From positions 18,871 to 82,870 of the forward strand of contig JAJFHS010000022.1 in assembly GCA_021775475.1 (NCBI GenBank): 64,000 bases of DNA. The letters are read 5' to 3'. Position numbers and translations under genes: made by a program. Source of the DNA: Hyphomicrobiales bacterium. Its GTDB lineage: Bacteria > Pseudomonadota > Alphaproteobacteria > Rhizobiales > JAJFHR01. The notes below the pieces were generated by a model. It saw only the letters and a program-made list of their open reading frames with translations, was not told where the DNA came from and ran no database searches. Positions 1 to 8,491 of this stretch are shown piece after piece. How positions within the stretch are numbered: the stretch's first letter is position 1; each line of letters starts with the position of its first letter.

Positions 1-888
1 TGCAAGGGTATCGCCGAAGGGGTTGAAAATACCAACTACCTGCTCAAAACCGACAGGAATGATTTTATCCTGACGTTGTATGAAAAACGGGTGGACCGCA
101 AAGATCTGCCTTTTTTCATTAATCTCATGGAGCATCTTGCCGCCAGTAACATAGCTTGTCCAACACCGGTCAAGGACCGCAAAGGCAGGATATTGCGCGA
201 ACTTGCAGGCAGACCGTGTGCGCTTATTTCGTTTCTTCAAGGCATGTGGGTGCGTCGCCCCCGGCCAGATCATTGCGCCGAACTCGGCAAGGCCATGGCG
301 AATTTGCATCTTGCCTCACTGAAATTTGATGGCGCGCGGGTAAATTCGCTTTCACTCAAAGACTGGCGACCGTTGTTCGAGCAGTCGAAATTGCAGGCAG
401 ACAGTGTGCAGGCCGGACTGGCCGATGAAATTGAACAAGAACTGAACCGGCTGGAAACACAATGGCCACAAGGATTGCCACAGGGGATTATCCACGCCGA
501 TCTCTTTCCCAATAATGTTTTTTTCATCGGCGATAAGCTTTCGGGCATCATTGATTATTATTTTGCCTGCACCGATGCCCTTGTCTATGACATTGCCATT
601 TGCCTCAATGCCTGGTGTTTTGAACATGATGGTTCCTTTAACATCACCAAGGCCCGCGCCATGTTGAACGCCTATCAGGCAGTAAGACCGCTGTCGAAAG
701 CCGAATTCGACGCCCTGCCGTTGATGGCACGCGGAGCGTCATTGCGATTTTTGCTGACTCGGCTGTATGACTGGCTCAATACCCCGGCGGGCGCCATGGT
801 AAAACCTCATGATCCACTTGAATATTTGCGCTATTTGCGTTTTCACAAACACATTGAAAGTGCCAGCGAATACGGCCTCGATTTATGA
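1..888 (+). CDS. thrB: Homoserine kinase, type II (APH-like fold); 5' end lies outside the window
   Basis: Frame open from base 1 ([13 protein letters not shown]); HADLFPNN and IIDYYFAC kinase motifs; directly upstream of rnhA as is usual in Alphaproteobacteria. Confidence 0.93.
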   Translation, partial: CKGIAEGVENTNYLLKTDRNDFILTLYEKRVDRKDLPFFINLMEHLAASNIACPTPVKDRKGRILRELAGRPCALISFLQGMWVRRPRPDHCAELGKAMANLHLASLKFDGARVNSLSLKDWRPLFEQSKLQADSVQAGLADEIEQELNRLETQWPQGLPQGIIHADLFPNNVFFIGDKLSGIIDYYFACTDALVYDIAICLNAWCFEHDGSFNITKARAMLNAYQAVRPLSKAEFDALPLMARGASLRFLLTRLYDWLNTPAGAMVKPHDPLEYLRYLRFHKHIESASEYGLDL

Positions 889-1346
889 TAACATCAAAAA
901 ACAACACCAATGCAGTGACAATCTACACCGATGGCGCTTGTTCAGGAAATCCCGGCCCCGGAGGGTGGGGAGCAATTTTGCTTTATGGCGAACATGAGCG
1001 CGAATTATGCGGCGGCAGACCTGATACCACCAACAACCAGATGGAACTCCTGGCTGCAATCGAGGCGCTGAGCGCTTTGAAACGAGCCTGTGAAATAGAT
1101 CTATATACGGATTCTGTATATGTCAGGGACGGCATTACCAAGTGGATTGAAAACTGGAAGAAAAACGGCTGGCGCACAGCAGCAAAAAAACCAGTCAAAA
1201 ACACTGATTTGTGGCAGGCACTGGATCAGGCGCTTGCGCGCCACCAGGTGCGCTGGCACTGGGTAAAGGGTCACGCCGGTCACCCGCTAAATGAACGCGC
1301 TGATGAACTCGCCAGAGCAGGAATGGCACCGTTTCAGTTGAGGTAA
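885..1346 (+). CDS. rnhA: Ribonuclease HI
   Basis: [24 protein letters not shown] and [15 protein letters not shown] motifs. Confidence 0.97.
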   Translation: MITSKNNTNAVTIYTDGACSGNPGPGGWGAILLYGEHERELCGGRPDTTNNQMELLAAIEALSALKRACEIDLYTDSVYVRDGITKWIENWKKNGWRTAAKKPVKNTDLWQALDQALARHQVRWHWVKGHAGHPLNERADELARAGMAPFQLR

Positions 1347-1379
1347 GCTGGTGTAGCGATGTGGACGGTTTTTTTAAAG

Positions 1380-1735
1380 GGCGCTCTAATAATATTTTTT
1401 AGAACGTTCAAGCGCCATTGAGGCGTGTCTTATCTAATTAAACCCACCCAATTCGTCATCCTCGGGCTTGACCCGAGGATCCATACCATTACGCTTTCGA
1501 AAACAAAGATACTGTCTTTTGCCCGAGAGTATTGAGGAATGGATCCTCGGGTCAAGCCCGAGGATGACGAAGAAAGATGATTTTGTAACCTACCAAATCG
1601 ACGTGCTTTAATCCAAATGATATACGGATGATCTATCGTTGTAGCACCCGGATGAGCGCAGCGTTGGACTAACGAGCAAGGCGAGTGCAGCCCCAGTGGC
1701 GCTTGAACGTTCTTAAAACAAATCGCTTGAGCGCC
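1380..1735. repeat. Outer imperfect inverted repeat (MITE-like) enclosing REP doublet A
   Basis: 1401-1424 AGAACGTTCAAGCGCCATTGAGGC pairs with 1690-1713 GCCCCAGTGGCGCTTGAACGTTCT (22/24); GGCGCTC 1380-1386 pairs with GAGCGCC 1729-1735. Confidence 0.7.
1452..1571. repeat. CGTC-type REP doublet, copy A
   Basis: Perfect 33-bp inverted repeat TTCGTCATCCTCGGGCTTGACCCGAGGATCCAT (1452-1484 / 1539-1571); each arm is itself a hairpin; 54-nt spacer; lies between convergent genes. Confidence 0.93.
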
Positions 1736-1750
1736 ACAAAAAAGCAACCC

Positions 1751-2887
1751 TCAAGCAGCATCAAACAAACTAAGCTGATCGCTTTTTTCCTGCGGGCGGA
1801 TAAACAGATCCGAGCGCAATTTTAAACTGCTGCGGTTGAACTCCAGCCGTTTTGCTGCCATTTCAAAGCGACGGCCAATAGTCCATGCGTAAGGACCGGT
1901 GCCGCGCATGCGCTTGCCCCAGGTGGCATCATAATCTTTACCTTCGCGCGTTTGAGCGATCAGCGACATTACTTTGGCGGCACGATCCGGCACATGGGTC
2001 TCGAGCCAGTCCTTGAACAGATCGCGCACCTCAAGCGGCAGGCGCAACATCACATAACCGGCTTCCTGCGCCCCGGCATTGGCAGCCGCACCCAATAATG
2101 GCTCAATTTCATTGTCATTGAGCCCGGGGATAATGGGGGCGGTCATTACCACGCAAGGCACGCCCGCTTGATTTAACGTCTCCATCGCTTCAAGGCGCTT
2201 GGCAGGCGTCGATGCCCGTGGCTCCATCGAGCGTGCAAGACCTTTATCCAGTGTGGTGATTGAAATGGCACATTTCACCAGGCCAAGTTCAGCCAGCGGC
2301 TTGAGTATATCAATGTCGCGGGTAATGAGCGCTGATTTTGTCACGATGGCAACGGGGTGGCGGTATTTCAGCATCATCTGCAATATCGCCCGTGTTAGCC
2401 GCCGCTCACGCTCAATCGGCTGGTAGGGGTCGGTATTGGTGCCTATAGCGATGGTGCGCGGCCTGTATTGGCGTTGCGAAAACTCCGCTTCCAGCAATTC
2501 AGCCGCATTTATCTTGGCAAACAGTCTGGTTTCAAAATCAAGACCGGGCGAAAGCCCCATGTAAGCGTGCGTAGGACGTGCATAACAATAACTGCAACCA
2601 TGCTCACACCCGCGGTAAGTATTGACCGATCGATCAAATGAAATATCAGGAGATTTATTGGTGGTAATGATTTTTTTGGCAATCTCTTCTGTAACCTCGG
2701 TTTTTAGTCTTTCGCTATCACCAAGACTTTCCCAGCCATCATCATATAAAATGCGCGAATGATGCTCATATCGCCCGGTTAGGTTGGATCTGGCACCGCG
2801 ACCGGCAGCGGCTTTGCTGTAATGATAAACGCTATGTTCGGCCATGTTGGCAACGGAGGGTGTTACAATCGGTTGGGGTTTGTTCAT
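1751..2887 (-). CDS. PA0069/Rv2578c-family radical SAM protein (spore photoproduct lyase-like, putative DNA repair)
   Basis: NTYRGCEHGCSYCYARP CxxxCxxC motif, GTNTDPYQPIE, C-terminal QLSLF. Confidence 0.9.
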   Translation of the reverse strand: MNKPQPIVTPSVANMAEHSVYHYSKAAAGRGARSNLTGRYEHHSRILYDDGWESLGDSERLKTEVTEEIAKKIITTNKSPDISFDRSVNTYRGCEHGCSYCYARPTHAYMGLSPGLDFETRLFAKINAAELLEAEFSQRQYRPRTIAIGTNTDPYQPIERERRLTRAILQMMLKYRHPVAIVTKSALITRDIDILKPLAELGLVKCAISITTLDKGLARSMEPRASTPAKRLEAMETLNQAGVPCVVMTAPIIPGLNDNEIEPLLGAAANAGAQEAGYVMLRLPLEVRDLFKDWLETHVPDRAAKVMSLIAQTREGKDYDATWGKRMRGTGPYAWTIGRRFEMAAKRLEFNRSSLKLRSDLFIRPQEKSDQLSLFDAA

Positions 2888-2935
2888 GATTTAACCTTCA
2901 CATTCCTATTTGAACGTATAATACAAGATAAAAAA

Positions 2936-2950
2936 GAACAAAACAAGAAC
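2936..2950. promoter_or_regulatory. Alphaproteobacterial LexA (SOS) box GAAC-N7-GAAC
   Basis: GAACAAAACAAGAAC, exact consensus match, about 50 nt upstream of the radical SAM start. Confidence 0.75.
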
Positions 2951-3121
2951 GAACTTCGATTACAGTTAATAATACCTTTAAATAATCAAACAATCTGTCA
3001 ATTCGATCATGTTTTGGGGTCTATGACCGGGCGTTTTTCTTTTCGTTACCAAACTTGTAATAAGGGAGAAAAAAGATTACCTGCAACGGGGTGGAATCGA
3101 AATGTTTCAGGACAAGGCATC

Positions 3122-3952
3122 ATGAACAAAATCGAGAAAATTGTTAAAGAACACTACGCTGTCGGTAATCTGGCTGAACGGATTCTCGAAGGTTTAAGAG
3201 CAACCGGTGCAGATATCGACAATCTGACAATTGATGATATTGCCGCTGTAGATGAATTTCATATTGGCGGTCGCAAAGCTACCCAATACGTTATCTCAAA
3301 AATGCCATTGATGGCCAAAGCCCATGTTGTGGATGTGGGCTGTGGCATAGGGGGTGCTGCCCGCACCATTGTCTCGCAGACCGGTTACAAGGTAACAGGC
3401 ATAGACCTTACCCCGGAGTACATTGAAGTTGCCCAAACACTCAGTCGTTTGACCGGCCTCGATGACAGAACTGAATTTCATGCAGCAAGTGCTTTATCCA
3501 TGCCGTTTGAGGATGCAACGTTTGATGCAGCACTGACCATTCATGTCGCCATGAACATCAAGGAGCGTGATGCATTATATGGTGAGATTGCCAGGGTGAC
3601 AAAGCCGGGTGCAGTATTTTGCATCTATGACGTGATGAAAAAAGGTGATGAGCCAGTTACCTTTCCCGTGCCATGGGCGCAATCGGCTGAGGCCAGTCAC
3701 CTGGTGTCGCCGGACCAGATGACACAGCTCTTGCACGCTGCCGGATTTGAAATCAGCGACGTCGAGGATCGTAGCGAATTTGCCATGGAATTTTTCAAAC
3801 AAAGCCAGGCCGCTGCTGCCAATGGCCCCTCAGCCTTGGGCGTCCACCTTATCATGGGGGCAACGGCGCAGGAAAAATTACAAAATGTCCGGCAGAATAT
3901 TGCAGACGGGCGCATGGCTCCGGTGTTAATAGTAGCGCGCCGCAAGGCCTGA
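3122..3952 (+). CDS. Class I SAM-dependent methyltransferase
   Basis: VDVGCGIGG motif I and DEFHIGGRKAT; start placed at ATG 3122 because the upstream extension runs through AT-rich promoter DNA. Confidence 0.85.
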   Translation: MNKIEKIVKEHYAVGNLAERILEGLRATGADIDNLTIDDIAAVDEFHIGGRKATQYVISKMPLMAKAHVVDVGCGIGGAARTIVSQTGYKVTGIDLTPEYIEVAQTLSRLTGLDDRTEFHAASALSMPFEDATFDAALTIHVAMNIKERDALYGEIARVTKPGAVFCIYDVMKKGDEPVTFPVPWAQSAEASHLVSPDQMTQLLHAAGFEISDVEDRSEFAMEFFKQSQAAAANGPSALGVHLIMGATAQEKLQNVRQNIADGRMAPVLIVARRKA

Positions 3953-3981
3953 TAATTATCCACCTCAACGTTGGCAGCCAT

Positions 3982-4674
3982 ATGATCACCGTCGTCATCC
4001 CAACGCTTAATGCAGGCTCGAGCCTTAACCCGGCATTTGCAGCCCTGGTGGCGGCAAGCGTTGAGGGCCTCGTTTCGACTGTGATTGTGGTTGACGGTGG
4101 CTCAACCGACCACACTCTTGATATAGCTGATGACGCCGGTGCCAGAATTATCAAAACTCAAAAGGGCAGGGGAGTGCAACTTGCCGCCGGTGGACATGAA
4201 GTTAAGACAAAATGGATATTGTTTCTTCATGCCGACACAATTTTAACACCGGGGTGGCAAGTGGAAGTCAGGGGTTTTATCGCCGCTGCAAACCAGCCGG
4301 GGGCAAAAAAACAGGCCGCAGCTTTCAGGTTTTCAGTTGATGAGCCCGGTATCGGCCCCCGAATCATGGAAAAGACTGTGGCGATGAGATGTGCGATCTT
4401 TGCCTTGCCGTACGGCGATCAGGGGTTATTGATATCGTCAGATTTTTACCGGCAAATCGGTGGGTTTAATTCAATGCCTCTGATGGAAGACGTTGACATC
4501 ATCCGTCGCATCGGCCGCAAACATCTGGCGTTGTTGAAAACGCCGGTATTGACCAGTTTTGCGCGCTATCGAAAAGACGGGTTCTTGCACCGCATTTATC
4601 GCAATCTCAGCTGTCTCACGCTTTATTTTATCGGTGTTGCCCCCGTCAGAATACTGCAGCGCTATGAACAATAA
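3982..4674 (+). CDS. GT2 glycosyltransferase, TIGR04283-like (rSAM/selenodomain-associated transferase 2)
   Basis: VVIPTLNA, VVDGGSTD, FLHADT, PYGDQGL and PLMEDV motifs. Confidence 0.85.
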   Translation: MITVVIPTLNAGSSLNPAFAALVAASVEGLVSTVIVVDGGSTDHTLDIADDAGARIIKTQKGRGVQLAAGGHEVKTKWILFLHADTILTPGWQVEVRGFIAAANQPGAKKQAAAFRFSVDEPGIGPRIMEKTVAMRCAIFALPYGDQGLLISSDFYRQIGGFNSMPLMEDVDIIRRIGRKHLALLKTPVLTSFARYRKDGFLHRIYRNLSCLTLYFIGVAPVRILQRYEQ

Positions 4675-5275
4675 TTTCGTTGTCATGATGGTCAAGCGTC
4701 CGACCTGCGGTGCGGTCAAATCCCGGCTTGCCGCCGGTATCGGTGTCGTTGCCGCAACCTCTGCCTACCGCACCATGATGTATAATTCCATCCGCCGTCT
4801 CGCGCACGATCCGCGTTGGCGTTTCATTTTGGCTGTTGCGCCAGATGGGGCAGTGTTTGAACCTTTCTGGCCGCAGAATATTTCCCTTGTCGCTCAGGGT
4901 AACGGTGATCTTGGTGACAGAATGCAACGCATTATGTCAGGCATGCCACCTGGAAAGACGATCATAATCGGCAGTGATATTGCCGGCATGAGACCTGCCC
5001 ACATCGCCCGGGCTTTCAGACAATTAGGCGATGTTGATGCGGTATTCTCCCCCGCCGGTGATGGTGGTTATTCTCTGGTTGGCCTGAAGCGCAGCCTGCG
5101 CACGCCAGTCACCTTCAACAATGTGCGCTGGTCAGGCCCGCATACGCTTGACGATACTTTGCGCAATCTCGAAAATTTCAAAACCGGATTTATTCAAGCT
5201 CTGCACGATATTGACACTGCGGCCGACTGGAAACGCTGGAAAGCCCGCGGTGGTGCCGGACGCTTATGTCTTTGA
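4664..5275 (+). CDS. DUF2064/TIGR04282-like transferase (CofC-like fold)
   Basis: VKSRLA, QGNGDLGDRM, IIGSD, PAGDGGY and DIDT motifs; start overlaps the partner gene stop region. Confidence 0.85.
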   Translation: MNNNFVVMMVKRPTCGAVKSRLAAGIGVVAATSAYRTMMYNSIRRLAHDPRWRFILAVAPDGAVFEPFWPQNISLVAQGNGDLGDRMQRIMSGMPPGKTIIIGSDIAGMRPAHIARAFRQLGDVDAVFSPAGDGGYSLVGLKRSLRTPVTFNNVRWSGPHTLDDTLRNLENFKTGFIQALHDIDTAADWKRWKARGGAGRLCL

Positions 5276-5812
5276 GCGCTGGAGATGCTCATCGAGGCGC
5301 GGCATGATTTCAACAAAATTACACGGGCCCGCGCGGTAATCGAGCTGATGCACCAATAGGCCGTCCCAACCGTCTTTACACGCTCCAGGTGAGCCGGGCA
5401 GGGCAAACAGGTAGGTGCCACCGGCAACGCCTGCGGTGGTGCGTGACTGAATGGTGGAAACACCGATTTTTTCATAAGACATCTGATGAAATATCGTCGA
5501 CCAGCCATCGATTTCCTTGTCATACAAGGGCTTGAAAGCTTCGGGCGTTATATCACGCCCGGTGAGGCCGGTGCCGCCGGTGGAAATAACCACGTCAACA
5601 CCTTCATCGGCAATCCACTGCTTCACCACGGCTTGAATTTTGGGTATATCGTCGGTGACGATTGCCCTGTCGGCGAGAATGTGGCCAGCAGTGGTTAAAC
5701 GCTCAACCAGTATATTGCCGGATTTGTCATCATCGAGAGAACGCGTGTCGGAAACCGTTAATACAGCAATGTTAACCGGTTGGAATTCACGTTTGTTGGC
5801 AGCGCTAGGCAT
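5264..5812 (-). CDS. moaB: Molybdenum cofactor biosynthesis protein B
   Basis: IAVLTVSDTR, STGGTGLTGRD and LPGSPGAC motifs. Confidence 0.93.
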   Translation of the reverse strand: MPSAANKREFQPVNIAVLTVSDTRSLDDDKSGNILVERLTTAGHILADRAIVTDDIPKIQAVVKQWIADEGVDVVISTGGTGLTGRDITPEAFKPLYDKEIDGWSTIFHQMSYEKIGVSTIQSRTTAGVAGGTYLFALPGSPGACKDGWDGLLVHQLDYRAGPCNFVEIMPRLDEHLQRSKT

Positions 5813-5832
5813 TTGATTTTTCTCCTTAAACT

Positions 5833-6660
5833 CTATTTTTTGCCATCAAGAAATTGCCGGATCAATATAAAATCACTCCAGACCAGACGTTTTTGCGCAG
5901 GTTGGCGCAATAAATAAGCCGGGTGCAGTGTTGGCAGGGCCGGGTACTCTGTGTCTTTGCCTTTGAAATTGGTCCACTTCCCCCGCAGGCGCAATATGCC
6001 CGTCGCGGTGTCGAGCATTTCCTTGGCTGCTACACCACCGAGAAAGACGATAACCTCAGGTGAAACCAGTTCAATCTGTCGATCAATAAAAGGCCGGCAT
6101 ACAGCCGTTTCATGCGGCGTGGGCGTGCGGTTTCCCGGTGGGCGCCAGGGGATAACATTGGTAATATAGGCATTTTGACGATCCAGCCCGATTGCCACCA
6201 GCATCCTGTCGAGCAACTGCCCGCTGCGGCCGACAAAAGGCAGACCCTGAATGTCCTCATCACTGCCCGGTGCTTCACCGATGAACATAATACGCGCGTC
6301 CGCTGCACCATCGCCAAAAACCAGATTGGTCGCCGTTGCCTTGAGGCCGCAACCGTCAAACTGCTCAAGTGCCGTTTTCAGATCTTCCAGTGTTTTGGCA
6401 GATTGCGCCAGTAATCTGGCTTCATTTGCGGTTTCACCAGCCTCCAGCACACTTGACGCCTGAGGTGCGCGAGCGGGTGCACTGGGTTTATGGCCAAGCG
6501 AGGGTTTGGCTGGCGGTGTCGCTTTCACCACTTTGGCGGTCGCTGCGCTGGTTTCATTTTTGGCAAAGAAATCGGTAGAATAATCGCTGACAGCCTCATC
6601 CACCCCGGCATCGTGATACCAGGTGAGGATTTCGAGTGCTTGACGATTGTTATTTATCAT
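5833..6660 (-). CDS. Family 4 uracil-DNA glycosylase
   Basis: IGEAPG, PFVGRSGQLL, RPPGNRTP and TLHPAYLLR motifs. Confidence 0.92.
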   Translation of the reverse strand: MINNNRQALEILTWYHDAGVDEAVSDYSTDFFAKNETSAATAKVVKATPPAKPSLGHKPSAPARAPQASSVLEAGETANEARLLAQSAKTLEDLKTALEQFDGCGLKATATNLVFGDGAADARIMFIGEAPGSDEDIQGLPFVGRSGQLLDRMLVAIGLDRQNAYITNVIPWRPPGNRTPTPHETAVCRPFIDRQIELVSPEVIVFLGGVAAKEMLDTATGILRLRGKWTNFKGKDTEYPALPTLHPAYLLRQPAQKRLVWSDFILIRQFLDGKK

Positions 6661-6722
6661 GGCCTAACCTGCATGCTGGTTCTATACACCTTAGACTGTT
6701 ATTTCACAAACAGGAGATTACT

Positions 6723-8402
6723 GTGAACGCTACTGAAGACGCACTTCCTGCGCGCGAATCAATGGAATTCGATGTGGTTATTGTTGGTGCCGGTCCCGCT
6801 GGCCTTTCAGCCGCCATTCGTCTCAAGCAACTGGCCCAGGAAGCACAAACCGAAGTGTCGGTTGTGGTGCTGGAAAAAGGCTCGGAGGTGGGCGCTCATA
6901 TTCTGTCCGGCGCGGTCATTGATCCCGTCGCTTTGAACCGGCTTATTCCTGACTGGAAGGAAAAAGGCGCACCGCTCAATACCCCGGTTACCAAAGATGT
7001 TTTCCTCATTCTAGGCCCGGGAGGGGCGTTGCGTCTGCCCAATTTCCTCATGCCGCCTTTGATGAGCAACCATGGCGCTTATATCGTCTCCCTGGGTAAT
7101 TTGTGCCGCTGGCTGGCAGAACAGGCAGAAGCTTTAGGCGTTGAAATCTACCCCGGCTTTGCCGCTGCCGAAGTGCTTTACAATGAAGATGGCAGCGTCA
7201 AGGGTGTTGCCACCGGAGACATGGGAATCGGCCAGGACGGTCAGCCAAAAGACAGCTTTATGCGCGGCATGGAGCTGCATGGAAAATACACTTTTATCGG
7301 TGAAGGGGTCAGAGGTTCTCTGGCCAAATCACTGATTGCGAAATTTGATCTTGATGCCGGAAAACAACCGCAGAAATTTGGCATCGGTCTCAAGGAATTA
7401 TGGCAGGTTGATACAGATAAACATCAGCCGGGCCTGGTTCAACACACGTTCGGCTGGCCGTTAAAATCCAGAACCGGTGGCGGCTCTTTCCTCTATCATC
7501 TCGAAGACAACCTTGTTGCTGTCGGTTTTGTCGTTCATCTCAATTACAAAAACCCCTATCTCTCACCGTTTGAGGAATTTCAGCGCTTCAAAACCCACCT
7601 GGCCATTGCCGACGTATTGGAAGGCGGCAAACGTATCTCTTATGGTGCGCGCGCGATTACTGAAGGCGGGTTTCAATCGATCCCCAAACTCACCTTTCCC
7701 GGCGGCGCCCTCATCGGTTGTTCGGCTGGCATGGTAAATCTCCCGCGCATCAAAGGCACCCACAATGCCATGGCCTCGGGCATGATGGCGGCACAGGCAG
7801 CCTTTGCAGCCCTTGGTGACAATCGCCACAATGATGAACTTGTGCAATATCAGGCAGAGTTTGACAGGTCTGACGTTATCAAAGACCTTAAAATGGTGCG
7901 TAATGTCAAACCGTTGTGGAGCCGGTTTGGCACCTGGATTGGCATCGCTCTGGGCAGCATCGATATGTGGATGAATAATCTGCGAATTGGCCTACCCTTT
8001 ACCTTGAGCCACGGCAAACCTGATTATGCAACGTTAGAAAAAGCTGCCCGGCACAAGCCAATCGATTATCCAAAACCGGATGGCAAATTATCCTTTGACA
8101 GACTGTCATCCGTCTACCTGTCAGCGACCAACCATGAAGAAGATCAACCGGTTCATCTCAAGCTAAAAGACCCGGGCATACCCATTTCGGTTAATCTGCC
8201 GGAGTACGCTGAACCCGCACAGCGCTATTGTCCTGCCGGGGTCTATGAGGTAATAGTGGATCAATCGGGGGAAAATCCCAGGTTCCAGATCAATGCGCAA
8301 AATTGCGTGCACTGTAAAACCTGTGATATTAAAGACCCCTCGCAGAATATTAACTGGACCGTTCCCGAAGGTGGTGGCGGACCAAACTACCCGAACATGT
8401 AG
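6723..8402 (+). CDS. Electron transfer flavoprotein-ubiquinone oxidoreductase
   Basis: DVVIVGAGPAG FAD site; CPAGVYE and NCVHCKTCDIKDP Fe-S motifs; GTG start after AGGAG. Confidence 0.95.
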   Translation: MNATEDALPARESMEFDVVIVGAGPAGLSAAIRLKQLAQEAQTEVSVVVLEKGSEVGAHILSGAVIDPVALNRLIPDWKEKGAPLNTPVTKDVFLILGPGGALRLPNFLMPPLMSNHGAYIVSLGNLCRWLAEQAEALGVEIYPGFAAAEVLYNEDGSVKGVATGDMGIGQDGQPKDSFMRGMELHGKYTFIGEGVRGSLAKSLIAKFDLDAGKQPQKFGIGLKELWQVDTDKHQPGLVQHTFGWPLKSRTGGGSFLYHLEDNLVAVGFVVHLNYKNPYLSPFEEFQRFKTHLAIADVLEGGKRISYGARAITEGGFQSIPKLTFPGGALIGCSAGMVNLPRIKGTHNAMASGMMAAQAAFAALGDNRHNDELVQYQAEFDRSDVIKDLKMVRNVKPLWSRFGTWIGIALGSIDMWMNNLRIGLPFTLSHGKPDYATLEKAARHKPIDYPKPDGKLSFDRLSSVYLSATNHEEDQPVHLKLKDPGIPISVNLPEYAEPAQRYCPAGVYEVIVDQSGENPRFQINAQNCVHCKTCDIKDPSQNINWTVPEGGGGPNYPNM

Positions 8403-8491
8403 GCGCACCGGTCATAGTCTTTGAAGGTGTGATTTGTACCGGACACGCAATAGCCTCATTGTTTGGCGGGTTTTAACTAAAGACGAGTAGA

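Noticed and set aside
1430-1747. 105-aa minus-strand ORF containing SSSGLTRGS and WILGSSPRMT
   Set aside because: These peptides are translations of the REP palindrome and recur in ORFs 20571-21020, 29597-30130 and 29871-30104; no evidence of real genes
2966-2981. TTAA...TTAA as a CtrA site
   Set aside because: Spacing is 8 nt, not the required 7, in AT-rich DNA
2822-3121. 100-aa N-terminal extension of the methyltransferase ORF
   Set aside because: Overlaps the divergent gene start and the AT-rich promoter with the LexA box; recognisable protein begins at ATG 3122
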